Part shown: one piece after another, positions 48,667-57,830 of the stretch | How positions within the stretch are numbered: the stretch's first letter is position 1 | Layout: the number at the start of each line of letters is the position of its first letter | From: an uncultured Candidatus Saccharibacteria bacterium | Lineage (GTDB): Bacteria > Patescibacteriota > Minisyncoccia > Phycocordibacterales > UBA12088 | DNA: 64,000 bases | Reading direction: 5' to 3' | Assembly: GCA_964562615.1 (NCBI GenBank) | Contig: CAZLUD010000001.1 | Location: 257,072-321,071, forward strand | Notes under the pieces: model-generated | The model's database searches: none | What the model was told of the DNA's origin: nothing | Seen by the model: the letters and a program-made list of their open reading frames with translations, nothing else | Program-made: the position numbers and the translations under genes

Positions 48667-49119
48667 TTATCTTTTATTACGTGGGCGCAGACTCTGCCAC
48701 CTCCCGTTACCTACTACTGGTGGCAATCCTACTCTAAGCGCATACTCAATATTTTTCCATAGTGACTCACTGCGTTTGGCATTACTAAACAATCGTTGCA
48801 ACGATTCAAATCCTCCAGTGGTAATCATTGCTGCATACGTTCGTACCGTAGAATCACTCACGCTCAGTATTTTTGCGATTCTATAGGTAGAATATCCTCT
48901 TACCACCATACCTATAATCGCCAAACGCTTGGCAAGCATAACCCGTTCTGTTGGAGTAAACAAACTAAGTATTACTTGAGATTTTTGTTGCGAAAGTAAT
49001 TCAGCAAATTCTTCAGTGATTTTTTTGTCTGCGTACTCTTGAATATGTTTTTTTGAGACATGTGCCACCCCTCCAATATAGCGATATATCGCTATATTGT
49101 CGTGAAAGTTTTCCACCAT
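48667..49119 (-). CDS. YerC/YecD (TrpR-like) family DNA-binding protein
   Basis: LFTPTERVMLAKRLAII...GYSTYRIAKILSVSDSTVRTY helix-turn-helix. Confidence 0.6.
   Translation of the reverse strand: MVENFHDNIAIYRYIGGVAHVSKKHIQEYADKKITEEFAELLSQQKSQVILSLFTPTERVMLAKRLAIIGMVVRGYSTYRIAKILSVSDSTVRTYAAMITTGGFESLQRLFSNAKRSESLWKNIEYALRVGLPPVVGNGRWQSLRPRNKR
49074..49099. repeat. 26-bp perfect palindrome CAATATAGCGATATATCGCTATATTG (inside the 5' end of the yerC-like gene)
   Basis: Self-reverse-complementary. Confidence 0.9.
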
Positions 49120-49129
49120 ACCTAGCCAA

Positions 49130-49159
49130 TCACACTATCGCGATATATCGCGATAGTGT
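49130..49159. repeat. 30-bp perfect palindrome CACACTATCGCGATATATCGCGATAGTGTG
   Basis: Upstream of the yerC-like gene; near-identical to 48631-48658. Confidence 0.9.
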
Positions 49160-49160
49160 G

Positions 49161-50897
49161 TTACACAGAGAGTGATGAATCATCCATTACAATATCTAAT
49201 ATTCTAATACGCACAGAGGTACGTCCCATAAACGTACCGCTCTCTATGTTTCCCATCACCGTCACTCTCTTACCCGCCTCAGGAAACACCGCAAAGTCTG
49301 TTGGTTTTTTAAAAAATGCTATCGCTTCTCGCTTTGTTCTTTTATCATCAACGCAGACCATGCGCACATGCTCACCGCTTTTACCAAATGATGCTACCTC
49401 TTTAATCTGCACTGGTGTGATTTTTAAATACGGTTTTTTGTTACCTTCCCCAAACGGGCGTAGCGTTTCTAAGCTCTCTAGGAACGAATCTGATATTTCT
49501 GTAAGTGAAACCGTAATGACGTGCGGTGTATCAGCGCTATTTGTTACTTTGGGTATAGTGCGCATCACCGTTACCAGTGCCTCTTCCAAAAAATGAATTT
49601 GTTCGTGAGAAACAGAAAATCCTCCCGAACAATCATGTCCTCCCTTATCTAAAAAATGTTCATGTGCTCGCTCCATAATCTCCATTACATTGTAGCCAAC
49701 AGGAGACCTACATGACCCCTTTATTACAGAACCATCTTCTCGTCCCCACAAAAATACCGGTACTCCGTATTCACCCATGAGCGTATTGGCAACAAGTCCA
49801 AGTAAGGAAGGTTTCCATGATGGGTCACCAAGAACAATGACTCCGTTTATTTCTCTGTGCGCGAGACGCTTTCTCACCTCTTTAACGAGCGACGCCACCA
49901 CCCCCTTTCGTTTGTTATTAAGCAAATCAAGTTCGCGCGCGAGCGTCTCTGCCTCCTGCGCACTCTCGGTCGCAAGTAATCTAAATGCTCGTTCAGGTAC
50001 TCCCATTCTACTTGCTGCATTAATACGTGGGCTAATACCAAACCCAATATCATCCTCAGTGAGTGTTTTTTGATCAATACGCAAACGCTTTAGGAGCGCT
50101 CGAATACCTGGTCGAAATGTTTTTCGCATAACCTGAAGACCGTACCGTGCAAAAGCACGATTCTCTCCGACGAGCGGTACCATATCTGATAATGTTGCTA
50201 TAGCAACCATATCAAGAAGCCATTTCTCCCACCCAACAGGGGCACCTTCGATAGGTCTAAGTGCAATTAGTGCTCTCACTAATTGAAACGCCACACCAGC
50301 GCCGCAGATATCTTTATTTGGATATATATCATCCTTTTGTTTTGGATTAACGAGCGCGATTGCTGCTGGTGGACTCTCTGGCACAACGTGATGATCGGTT
50401 ATTATCACATCAACACCAAGCGCTCGAGCACGGTCCACCTCTTTAGTATCTGTCGATCCACAATCGACGGTAATGATGAGTGTTGCTCCGCTGTCTGCTA
50501 TCTCTTCTATTGCCGGCACATTGAGGCCAAACCCCTCAAGCACTCTATGCGGGGTATAAACTCGAACATGTTCATACTTCACTTTTTTAAAATAATCATG
50601 CAGGATGACACCACCAGGAATGCCGTCAGTATCATAATCGGTATAAATGACGATGTGCTCTTGATTATCCATAGCGGCAAGTATTCGTTTTCCCGCTGTT
50701 TCTATTTGAGAAAGTAAAAATGGATTATGAACATCTCTGTCATAATCAGGATACAAAAATACCTTGCGCGCCTCCTCATCAACGAGCCCTCGGGAAATAA
50801 GTAATCGTTCTATAAGCTCTGGCGTCATAGACGCATATTGTACCACGTGGCTACTCCATGATTTATGTACGGCGTGGTAGTCTATTGCTGTATGCAA
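49161..50897 (-). CDS. recJ: Single-stranded-DNA-specific exonuclease RecJ
   Basis: DHH motifs (DYDTDGIPGG, DHH), DHHA1 C-terminal region. Confidence 0.85.
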   Translation of the reverse strand: MHTAIDYHAVHKSWSSHVVQYASMTPELIERLLISRGLVDEEARKVFLYPDYDRDVHNPFLLSQIETAGKRILAAMDNQEHIVIYTDYDTDGIPGGVILHDYFKKVKYEHVRVYTPHRVLEGFGLNVPAIEEIADSGATLIITVDCGSTDTKEVDRARALGVDVIITDHHVVPESPPAAIALVNPKQKDDIYPNKDICGAGVAFQLVRALIALRPIEGAPVGWEKWLLDMVAIATLSDMVPLVGENRAFARYGLQVMRKTFRPGIRALLKRLRIDQKTLTEDDIGFGISPRINAASRMGVPERAFRLLATESAQEAETLARELDLLNNKRKGVVASLVKEVRKRLAHREINGVIVLGDPSWKPSLLGLVANTLMGEYGVPVFLWGREDGSVIKGSCRSPVGYNVMEIMERAHEHFLDKGGHDCSGGFSVSHEQIHFLEEALVTVMRTIPKVTNSADTPHVITVSLTEISDSFLESLETLRPFGEGNKKPYLKITPVQIKEVASFGKSGEHVRMVCVDDKRTKREAIAFFKKPTDFAVFPEAGKRVTVMGNIESGTFMGRTSVRIRILDIVMDDSSLSV

Positions 50898-51290
50898 GAC
50901 TCAATATTTACAAAAATTTTGAAGGGTGAGGTGCCTGGAGTGATAGTGTGGCAAGATGAAAAAGCCTTTATTCTTATGGATAAATTTCCCTCAGTGGAAG
51001 GGCAAGCACTCGTCATTCCTAAAACTCAGATTGACTATATGTTCTCGCTTGATGAGGAGTTGTACCTGCATCTGTGGCATATTACCAACCACCTTGCGAG
51101 AGCTATGAATGCGTCATTTCCAAACACACGAGTCTGCGTCGTAGTAGAAGGATTTGATGTACCACACGTCCATATACGCGTATATCCTGTACCACACGGG
51201 AAACCACTTATTGCTCACAAAGGTGAGATGGCAGATGATGAGGTAATGGAAAAATTAGCACAAACAATACGATCTTCACTTACGCTATAG
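50892..51290 (+). CDS. HIT-family (histidine triad) protein
   Basis: C-terminal HVHIRVYP triad; start at MQDSIFTKIL. Confidence 0.75.
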   Translation: MQDSIFTKILKGEVPGVIVWQDEKAFILMDKFPSVEGQALVIPKTQIDYMFSLDEELYLHLWHITNHLARAMNASFPNTRVCVVVEGFDVPHVHIRVYPVPHGKPLIAHKGEMADDEVMEKLAQTIRSSLTL

Positions 51291-51762
51291 AAACAACATG
51301 CGGATTTACTACCGTGCGATAATCGGCTGAGGTTATCGCCATCGAAACTCCTCTGTCACCCGCATTAAAAATAATCTCGTTGTTGGTATATAGCGATATA
51401 TCGCTATATACCGGAAGGTTCCATAGTATACCAAAGGGTGGCACCCCACCTGGCTTAACACCGTCGGTAATCTCTCCGACCTCTTCAGGAGTAGCAAACC
51501 GTATATCACTTGCACCGAGTACCTCTTTTAGCTTCTTTGAGTCAAATTTTTTATCTCCCGGAACCACCACCATAACAAAAAACTTTTCCCCCGAGCGCTT
51601 TACTCTCACAATGAGTGCTTTAGCCCCTTGAGACAATGAATACTCTGGACGCACCATTGCCGCCTCTTCGCTGGTGCGAACTGGTTCATGAACAAATTTT
51701 TTATATATTACGCCGCGTGATACCAGCAATGATTCAATAAGGGCTACTGTTTTATGCTCCAT
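51280..51762 (-). CDS. YbaK/ProX-family aminoacyl-tRNA deacylase
   Basis: GAKALIV...GGVPPFG motif. Confidence 0.75.
   Translation of the reverse strand: MEHKTVALIESLLVSRGVIYKKFVHEPVRTSEEAAMVRPEYSLSQGAKALIVRVKRSGEKFFVMVVVPGDKKFDSKKLKEVLGASDIRFATPEEVGEITDGVKPGGVPPFGILWNLPVYSDISLYTNNEIIFNAGDRGVSMAITSADYRTVVNPHVVSIA
51385..51412. repeat. 28-bp perfect palindrome GGTATATAGCGATATATCGCTATATACC (inside the ybaK-like CDS)
   Basis: Self-reverse-complementary; same core as 49074-49099. Confidence 0.9.
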
Positions 51763-51764
51763 AG

Positions 51765-52895
51765 TTAGTTACTGTGCTTAAGCGCCTCAAGTCCCACAAG
51801 AGTACCTTCTGCGAGATAATCAAGCATTGCACCACCGCCTGTTGAGAGAAAGGTGAATTTGTCTTCAAGCGAAAGGCGTCCAATAGAGGCGATAGTATCT
51901 CCTCCGCCCACAATTGATGTAGCAGATGAAGCGGCGACTGCCTTTGCTAGTTGTTCTGTCTCTCTTGTGTAGCCCTTTTCATAATTTCCAAGTGGACCAT
52001 TCCATAGAATGGTTTTTGCCTCAGCGACAAGCGAAGAAAGCATGTCAGTAGTTTTTGTACCGACATCCATAATCACATCGTGTGGGAGCACTTCAGTGGG
52101 AGCCACCACCAAAGAATCTTCTCCGCGAGAAACGGTTACATCAATAGGAAGCAGGATATTTTTATTGCTCATAAGTGACGCGATCGCCTGCGTATCAGAA
52201 GAAACAAGGGATTCCCCAACCTCATACCCCATTTCTTTAAAAAAGTCATTTGCGATTGCACCGCCAATAAATATAGTGTCGTAGTGTTGTAGTCTACGTA
52301 TCAGTGGTATTTTTGTAGCAAACTTTGCTCCACCAAGAATAAGAAGTGATGGCGAAACAGGAGTAAGCGCAGTATCAAGATTAGTGACTTCATCCATACA
52401 CTCTATGCCAGCATATGATGGAAGAAGAGTAGGCACGCCAACAATTGATGCGTGCGCTCTGTGTGATGCTGCAAATGCGTCATTAACATACGCCTCAGCT
52501 AACCCAGCGAGTCGCGCTGAAAATGCTTTGTCCGCCTCTACTTCACCGGGATTACTTCGTAGATTTTCAAGTAATAAAACTTCACCTTCTGCAAGAGATA
52601 CTTGAAGACGCTCTGCTTCATCAAGTGTTTTTGCAAAATGAATAGGGACATGTTGCTGTAAGTAGTGATAAACAGGACCAAGGGTACCCTGCCCATCTTT
52701 ACCAATATGTGAAATAAGCACTACTCTACCCCCACCACGAATAATTGCAGTAATTGTAGGGAGCGCTCTTCTAATACGAAAATCATTAGTAATAACACCA
52801 TTATCTATTGGTACATTAAGATCAGCGCGCACCAAGACACACCGACCAGCAATATCCTCAGGAGAAAAAGTTCGAAGTTTATTTAGTTGCGTCAT
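51765..52895 (-). CDS. pgk: Phosphoglycerate kinase
   Basis: RADLNVP, WNGPLGNYE, GGGA motifs. Confidence 0.9.
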   Translation of the reverse strand: MTQLNKLRTFSPEDIAGRCVLVRADLNVPIDNGVITNDFRIRRALPTITAIIRGGGRVVLISHIGKDGQGTLGPVYHYLQQHVPIHFAKTLDEAERLQVSLAEGEVLLLENLRSNPGEVEADKAFSARLAGLAEAYVNDAFAASHRAHASIVGVPTLLPSYAGIECMDEVTNLDTALTPVSPSLLILGGAKFATKIPLIRRLQHYDTIFIGGAIANDFFKEMGYEVGESLVSSDTQAIASLMSNKNILLPIDVTVSRGEDSLVVAPTEVLPHDVIMDVGTKTTDMLSSLVAEAKTILWNGPLGNYEKGYTRETEQLAKAVAASSATSIVGGGDTIASIGRLSLEDKFTFLSTGGGAMLDYLAEGTLVGLEALKHSN

Positions 52896-53658
52896 GCACA
52901 GCACTTACAATTTTTGTAAACAGTGATGCATCAAGTGATGCATGCCCTACCAACAGCCCATCTACCATTCCTTCTGTAATGATAGCCTGAGCATTCTCTG
53001 GAGAAACTGAGCCACCATACAGAATTGGCACCGCAAATGCCACGGACTTCTCTGTCATGTCAGTGAGCACTTTGCGTATAAACAATACTGTCTCGTGCAC
53101 ATCAGTGGGGCGCATTGCATCTTCTGGTGCTTTTCCTATTGCCCACACAGGCTCGTAGGCGACAAGCACTCGCTTGAGCAACGATGGCGAGACATCGTTA
53201 AGTGATTGTTCAATCTCATCTTTAAGAAAATCAAGATACGCGCCAGATTTATCGCGTACTTGTTCACCAATACAAACAATTGGGGTAAGTCCAGCAGCTA
53301 GCGCTGCGTGTACCTTTTTATTGATGAGTGCATTGTCTTCACCTCTGGCTCTTCTTTCTGAGTGTCCTAGTAATACATACTTAACTCCAAGCTGTTTAAG
53401 TTGAGTTGGAGATACATCGCCGGTGTGTGCGCCGGTTGCCGCCATACCTGCGTCTTGCGCGCCCAAAGAGAGAAGTTTTAATCCAGTAAATCCAGCAACA
53501 GCACTTATATGCACATGGCTAGGCGCGAGAACAATATGGACAGCAGTCGCCTTCTTCAGGCCTGTTTTGATAGCTTTTGCAAGCGACTTCACCTTGGTTG
53601 GTGACTCCGGATTCATTTTAAAATTGGCAACAACGTACCGTAGTGTTCTTTTTTTCAT
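52879..53658 (-). CDS. tpiA: Triosephosphate isomerase
   Basis: ANFKMN, AYEPVWAIG, GGSV. Confidence 0.85.
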   Translation of the reverse strand: MKKRTLRYVVANFKMNPESPTKVKSLAKAIKTGLKKATAVHIVLAPSHVHISAVAGFTGLKLLSLGAQDAGMAATGAHTGDVSPTQLKQLGVKYVLLGHSERRARGEDNALINKKVHAALAAGLTPIVCIGEQVRDKSGAYLDFLKDEIEQSLNDVSPSLLKRVLVAYEPVWAIGKAPEDAMRPTDVHETVLFIRKVLTDMTEKSVAFAVPILYGGSVSPENAQAIITEGMVDGLLVGHASLDASLFTKIVSAVHDATK

Positions 53659-53688
53659 GCCACCTAAGTATAGCATGTGAGGAATACT

Positions 53689-53988
53689 CTATTTACGCTT
53701 TAACGAGACTCCAAAAGAAAGCACTACAAGGCCCCCGATTAGTGCTGCAATCTCTTTTGTAGGGAGAGGTTCCGTTGGGCTCACGTATGAGTCGTGCACC
53801 GCGAGTGCCGCGGCAATAGTGAGCACCCCACCTATGATGGTAATACTTCCTCGTACTACTGTAAGTGGGTCAATGCCCACGATTTTTTTTATCTCACGCG
53901 TGATTGCCTCTTTTTGCTTTTGCTCAGTAAGATGCTTGAGTGCTTCATTTTGATTGCGCTTTTCAAGATCGCTATATTCAATAGACAT
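53689..53988 (-). CDS. Hypothetical small membrane protein
   Basis: 99 aa, 2 TM. Confidence 0.3.
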   Translation of the reverse strand: MSIEYSDLEKRNQNEALKHLTEQKQKEAITREIKKIVGIDPLTVVRGSITIIGGVLTIAAALAVHDSYVSPTEPLPTKEIAALIGGLVVLSFGVSLKRK

Positions 53989-54020
53989 ATAATGAGTATA
54001 TATCGCTCACCCTATAGTGA

Positions 54021-55445
54021 CTAGTTCATTTCTCGCCACTCTACAAACATAAAGTCGTCTGATGTGTACGGGGTAAGTGGGGGCGGACTGGTAGAAAGCT
54101 TTCTGTCATAGTTATTTTCTCTTTCAGCATATCCTGAGCAATACACACTTGAACACAACCACTGGGTTCCCTCTCTACCGTTTGAAACGATAGTTCCTTG
54201 GACGGTAAGCAAATCCTGCTTTACATATGAGTCCAGCGAAGTTGGCACCTCGTTAGTACCAGTAGTCGTGTAGTGATTTCTTCCAAAGTGACCCGTTTGC
54301 GCAATATAGATACCACTAAGTGTCATGATGTTGGGTGACTGAAGTGGGATGAGTACATCTTCCTCTGCTACCAACGTAAATCCATCGACCCCAGAATTAT
54401 TTACATACGTAATGTTACCTGAGAGAATTGCTCGTGTTGAAATTGCCGGACTATTTTCATTTGCTGATACGACGGTCACCTTTCCACTTACCACACCATC
54501 GATCCACACATTGTCCTCGACAAAAATGATCGGACATTGTGCGGGTATGATTCGATTTTCTATAAAGCGTTGTCTGTTTATTATTTCATAATTCCTATGC
54601 CATCCAAGTTCGTTAGAATATGCCCACACGTAGCTTGTGCTTTGTACGTCATATATATCTACCGAACCATTATTTTTTAAGACAAGATGATACCCCGCGC
54701 CTCGTGGATTGAGATAAATGCCACCGTTATTTCTTGCTGCATTCTTCATCGCGGTGAGATTAAGAGTGATGCCAGCAAAATCAATTGATGGGGTCGGATA
54801 CTTCCACAACTCATTTCCACTCCCTACGCCAAATATCCCGGGCTTTGTCTCACCCGCAGAGCTACACCCAAAACTCGACGTACAGAACCAATTGGTAAGG
54901 GCGCTGGTAACACTAGAATAATTTGTACCATCCATTCGGATACCACCGTTTGAGTGGTATCTACCAAAAATCTCTCTGTCATTTCCTGCCCACACATTAC
55001 TGTTTAGTATGTATGCATACTCAGCAACCGACGGCCGTGCATACTTTGCATATATCTCTCTTGTTAGGGTTGGCTCTGCAGTGGTGTAGCCTGTTGACCG
55101 TATCTCTACTGCTGATAACTGCCCGCAGTAACTATTACCTTCTACCTCGAGAGAAAACTCTCCCACGGTCCCAGTCTCTGGATCGGTATACTCATGTACA
55201 TATGGACCAGCTGCATTGGTGCCATCCTGCAAATCTTGCGGATAGTGTGCGAGGCGCCATTTGTAATACTCAAGCCCCGCCTCTGCAATATGTATCGCCT
55301 TCTCTCTGTTCTCTTTTGAAAATTGTAATTTTTTTTGTACCAACACAAACCCAACAAGCGATGAGGTAAGTGTCACAAATAGCGTACCAAACACTAGCGT
55401 GAGAATTATGAGAGAACCTTTTTCATTGTGATGATGACGATACAT
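54021..55445 (-). CDS. Pilus-associated protein with prepilin-like N-terminus (minor pilin / PilX-like)
   Basis: N-terminal EKG-SLIILTLVFGTLFV hydrophobic helix; 474 aa beta-rich. Confidence 0.4.
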   Translation of the reverse strand: MYRHHHNEKGSLIILTLVFGTLFVTLTSSLVGFVLVQKKLQFSKENREKAIHIAEAGLEYYKWRLAHYPQDLQDGTNAAGPYVHEYTDPETGTVGEFSLEVEGNSYCGQLSAVEIRSTGYTTAEPTLTREIYAKYARPSVAEYAYILNSNVWAGNDREIFGRYHSNGGIRMDGTNYSSVTSALTNWFCTSSFGCSSAGETKPGIFGVGSGNELWKYPTPSIDFAGITLNLTAMKNAARNNGGIYLNPRGAGYHLVLKNNGSVDIYDVQSTSYVWAYSNELGWHRNYEIINRQRFIENRIIPAQCPIIFVEDNVWIDGVVSGKVTVVSANENSPAISTRAILSGNITYVNNSGVDGFTLVAEEDVLIPLQSPNIMTLSGIYIAQTGHFGRNHYTTTGTNEVPTSLDSYVKQDLLTVQGTIVSNGREGTQWLCSSVYCSGYAERENNYDRKLSTSPPPLTPYTSDDFMFVEWREMN

Positions 55446-55456
55446 GTCTACGGGTG

Positions 55457-56047
55457 CTAATTGCTTCTTACATTTCTTAATGAGGCAGTTGATCGCAAGG
55501 TAAACTCTTCAGGAAGACGGGTAGGATTTATATTTACTATAACGGTAACTCCTACAATTGCCACGTCACTTACTCGAGTGTAATCAAGTATCTCTGTACC
55601 GGTCGCATCATAGTACTCAAGCATTGGTACATCATCCTCACCATTTCGTACATCTTCAGACACCACCGTTACCTCTCCCGTACCATCAACGTATGTAAGT
55701 GGTGTGCCGGTCGGATTTACCGTCTCACGTACAAGCACGGTACCGTTAAGATAATAATGTATGCGCTCTACTGCATTGTCTCTGTCGGTGTCGCTGTAAA
55801 AATACAACTCGGTATCACTCATTGAAATAATCGGATAGGAACCTTCTTCAGAATACGTTGCTTCACGCACATCACGAACCATATATTCAACACCCTTACG
55901 CGCACTTGATAGTGCGAGTGCCTGTTCTATCGCGTTTGCATTTGTTCGGTAAAAAAATAAGACAGACGAAGCAATCGCAAGCATCGCGAGCGTCGAAATG
56001 GAAATCACAATAATACTTTCTATGAGTGTGAACCCTTTCTTTTGCAT
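55457..56047 (-). CDS. Prepilin-type N-terminal cleavage/methylation domain pseudopilin
   Basis: KKG-FTLIESIIVISI class III signal. Confidence 0.55.
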   Translation of the reverse strand: MQKKGFTLIESIIVISISTLAMLAIASSVLFFYRTNANAIEQALALSSARKGVEYMVRDVREATYSEEGSYPIISMSDTELYFYSDTDRDNAVERIHYYLNGTVLVRETVNPTGTPLTYVDGTGEVTVVSEDVRNGEDDVPMLEYYDATGTEILDYTRVSDVAIVGVTVIVNINPTRLPEEFTLRSTASLRNVRSN

Positions 56048-56064
56048 TACTAGATGGATTATTT

Positions 56065-57819
56065 TCATAGAGCAGGAAGGGTAACCCGTAAACTATCCGC
56101 CCCAGAGATATTTACCCCAGTGAGGGTAACGGTTTCATATCCATCCCGCACCACGACAATTGTGTATGGGGTACTGTTACTTACTCCAGAAAAATGCGCC
56201 TGCCCACACGCACCCGTGTTCTTTTGTGTGTCATATCCTCCGCCATACACACGCACAGATGCATCAGTCATAGTGGCACCTGCGTCGTCTACCACTTCAA
56301 CTCGTATCGAGTGTGGTGTGTGCGCAGTCATGTAGAGCGATAGTGTTTTTGTACTTGCCGGTGAAATAGTAACAGGTAACGCTGCACATGCTTGTGCAAT
56401 ATCAAAACCTCCACCAACACCATCAACCGTAAGCGTATACGTATCCCATTCGATTGCATCAAATGAGGTGACTCCTTCACTGTTTGTAGTCTGACTCTCT
56501 GTATATTTATATATTGGATTAATATCCTCGTCTGTACCGATGGTCTTAGTACTCGTAATCGTAATAGGAATACCGCCCCTCGGTACAGGACCGACAAGAC
56601 TTGAAAGATTCCACTCATGAACATACGGCGTGACGGTGGTGGTATCAGTGTGTAACAGGGCGCGAATTCTAAGTTCGCTATACGTCGTAGTGGCAAGTCC
56701 ATATAGCGGAACGGGCGAGGTACTAAAGCCAGTAGCATTACCAATCAAATCGCTTTCTGGTATAGGTACAAAGTCAGTGCCGTTATTGTAAAGCAGTTGG
56801 TATCGTAGTGATGTCGTCTCAGGCATGGTATGCGCAAACGTTACTTCTCCCCATGAAACCAAATACGGCGAGGCGATAGTAAGTGAGTCTGCGGTACCGT
56901 CTGCGTAGTATTCGCCATTAGTGGTAGCAAGAAGTATGTCTCCCCCCGCGCGTGCCGTGTTGGATAGCTGTGCGATACCTCCGCCGCTATCAAATGTGTC
57001 ATGGGTAGTCGTGGTAGCAACAGGATCAAAGGTGTTCACAAACAAATTTGATAACACATCAATTGCGAAACTGCCGGTAGTCGTCTCTCCTTCAACTACA
57101 GAAAGGTTTGCTGGGAGAGGATTAGGATTTTGTGCCGTTGCATCGTACGTGCTATCGGTACTGTAACCTGCTTTGGTAACCGTAATATGATAATTACTTC
57201 CCTCTGGAGTACCTCCCGGAAAAATCGCGACCCCGGAGAGATTGGTAAATGTGGTCACATCAATAGGTGGTGAAACGGTGGTATTTCTTATCCGTACTTG
57301 CGCGCTTGTTACCGGTAATGCTGATGCATCAAACACGGCAATCTTTAATGTGCCGCCACCAGTGATGTTTTCTATACCAACCGGCACCACTGATGAGGTT
57401 ATCGCATACGACTGCACTCTATCTTTTAACGTCCACTCGAGTTCGACTTTAACCTTTTTATAATCTGCGGTGATGCCGTTTTCATCTTCATCATCAAGTC
57501 CATCTTCAGGATCATCGACGTAGGTGATAAAGGTGCGTCTTGTGTAGGTAGTTTGATTGAGTTCTATTGTTTCTGTTTGTGGCAACAATCCCGCTGGTAT
57601 ACCCCCCACAGTACCAAGTGCGTCATAGGACATTGATCTAACAAATTCCATTTTTTCTGTTGCAAGAGACATCGCGCCTACTTTTGCTTTATTACTTCCT
57701 ATGAGGACAATAGATAGACGAAACGTTCCGTACAATCCATAAAAGACGAGCATAATAAGAGCGATGCCGATGATCACATCGATGAGCGTCATTCCCTTTT
57801 CTTTTCTATTGATAACCAT
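56065..57819 (-). CDS. Large (584 aa) pilin-like protein with prepilin-type N-terminus
   Basis: KG-MTLIDVIIGIALIMLVF; Thr/Ser-rich repetitive beta region. Confidence 0.5.
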   Translation of the reverse strand: MVINRKEKGMTLIDVIIGIALIMLVFYGLYGTFRLSIVLIGSNKAKVGAMSLATEKMEFVRSMSYDALGTVGGIPAGLLPQTETIELNQTTYTRRTFITYVDDPEDGLDDEDENGITADYKKVKVELEWTLKDRVQSYAITSSVVPVGIENITGGGTLKIAVFDASALPVTSAQVRIRNTTVSPPIDVTTFTNLSGVAIFPGGTPEGSNYHITVTKAGYSTDSTYDATAQNPNPLPANLSVVEGETTTGSFAIDVLSNLFVNTFDPVATTTTHDTFDSGGGIAQLSNTARAGGDILLATTNGEYYADGTADSLTIASPYLVSWGEVTFAHTMPETTSLRYQLLYNNGTDFVPIPESDLIGNATGFSTSPVPLYGLATTTYSELRIRALLHTDTTTVTPYVHEWNLSSLVGPVPRGGIPITITSTKTIGTDEDINPIYKYTESQTTNSEGVTSFDAIEWDTYTLTVDGVGGGFDIAQACAALPVTISPASTKTLSLYMTAHTPHSIRVEVVDDAGATMTDASVRVYGGGYDTQKNTGACGQAHFSGVSNSTPYTIVVVRDGYETVTLTGVNISGADSLRVTLPAL

Positions 57820-57830
57820 GTGGTGAAAAA

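Noticed and set aside
48631-49159. Interpretation of the two 28-30-bp palindromes as terminal inverted repeats of a MITE or IS carrying the yerC-like gene
   Set aside because: Each site is itself a perfect palindrome, so orientation cannot be defined. There is no transposase, and no target-site duplication beyond the palindromes is evident. Operator or repeat-family explanations are simpler. Kept as a finding, not annotated as a mobile element.
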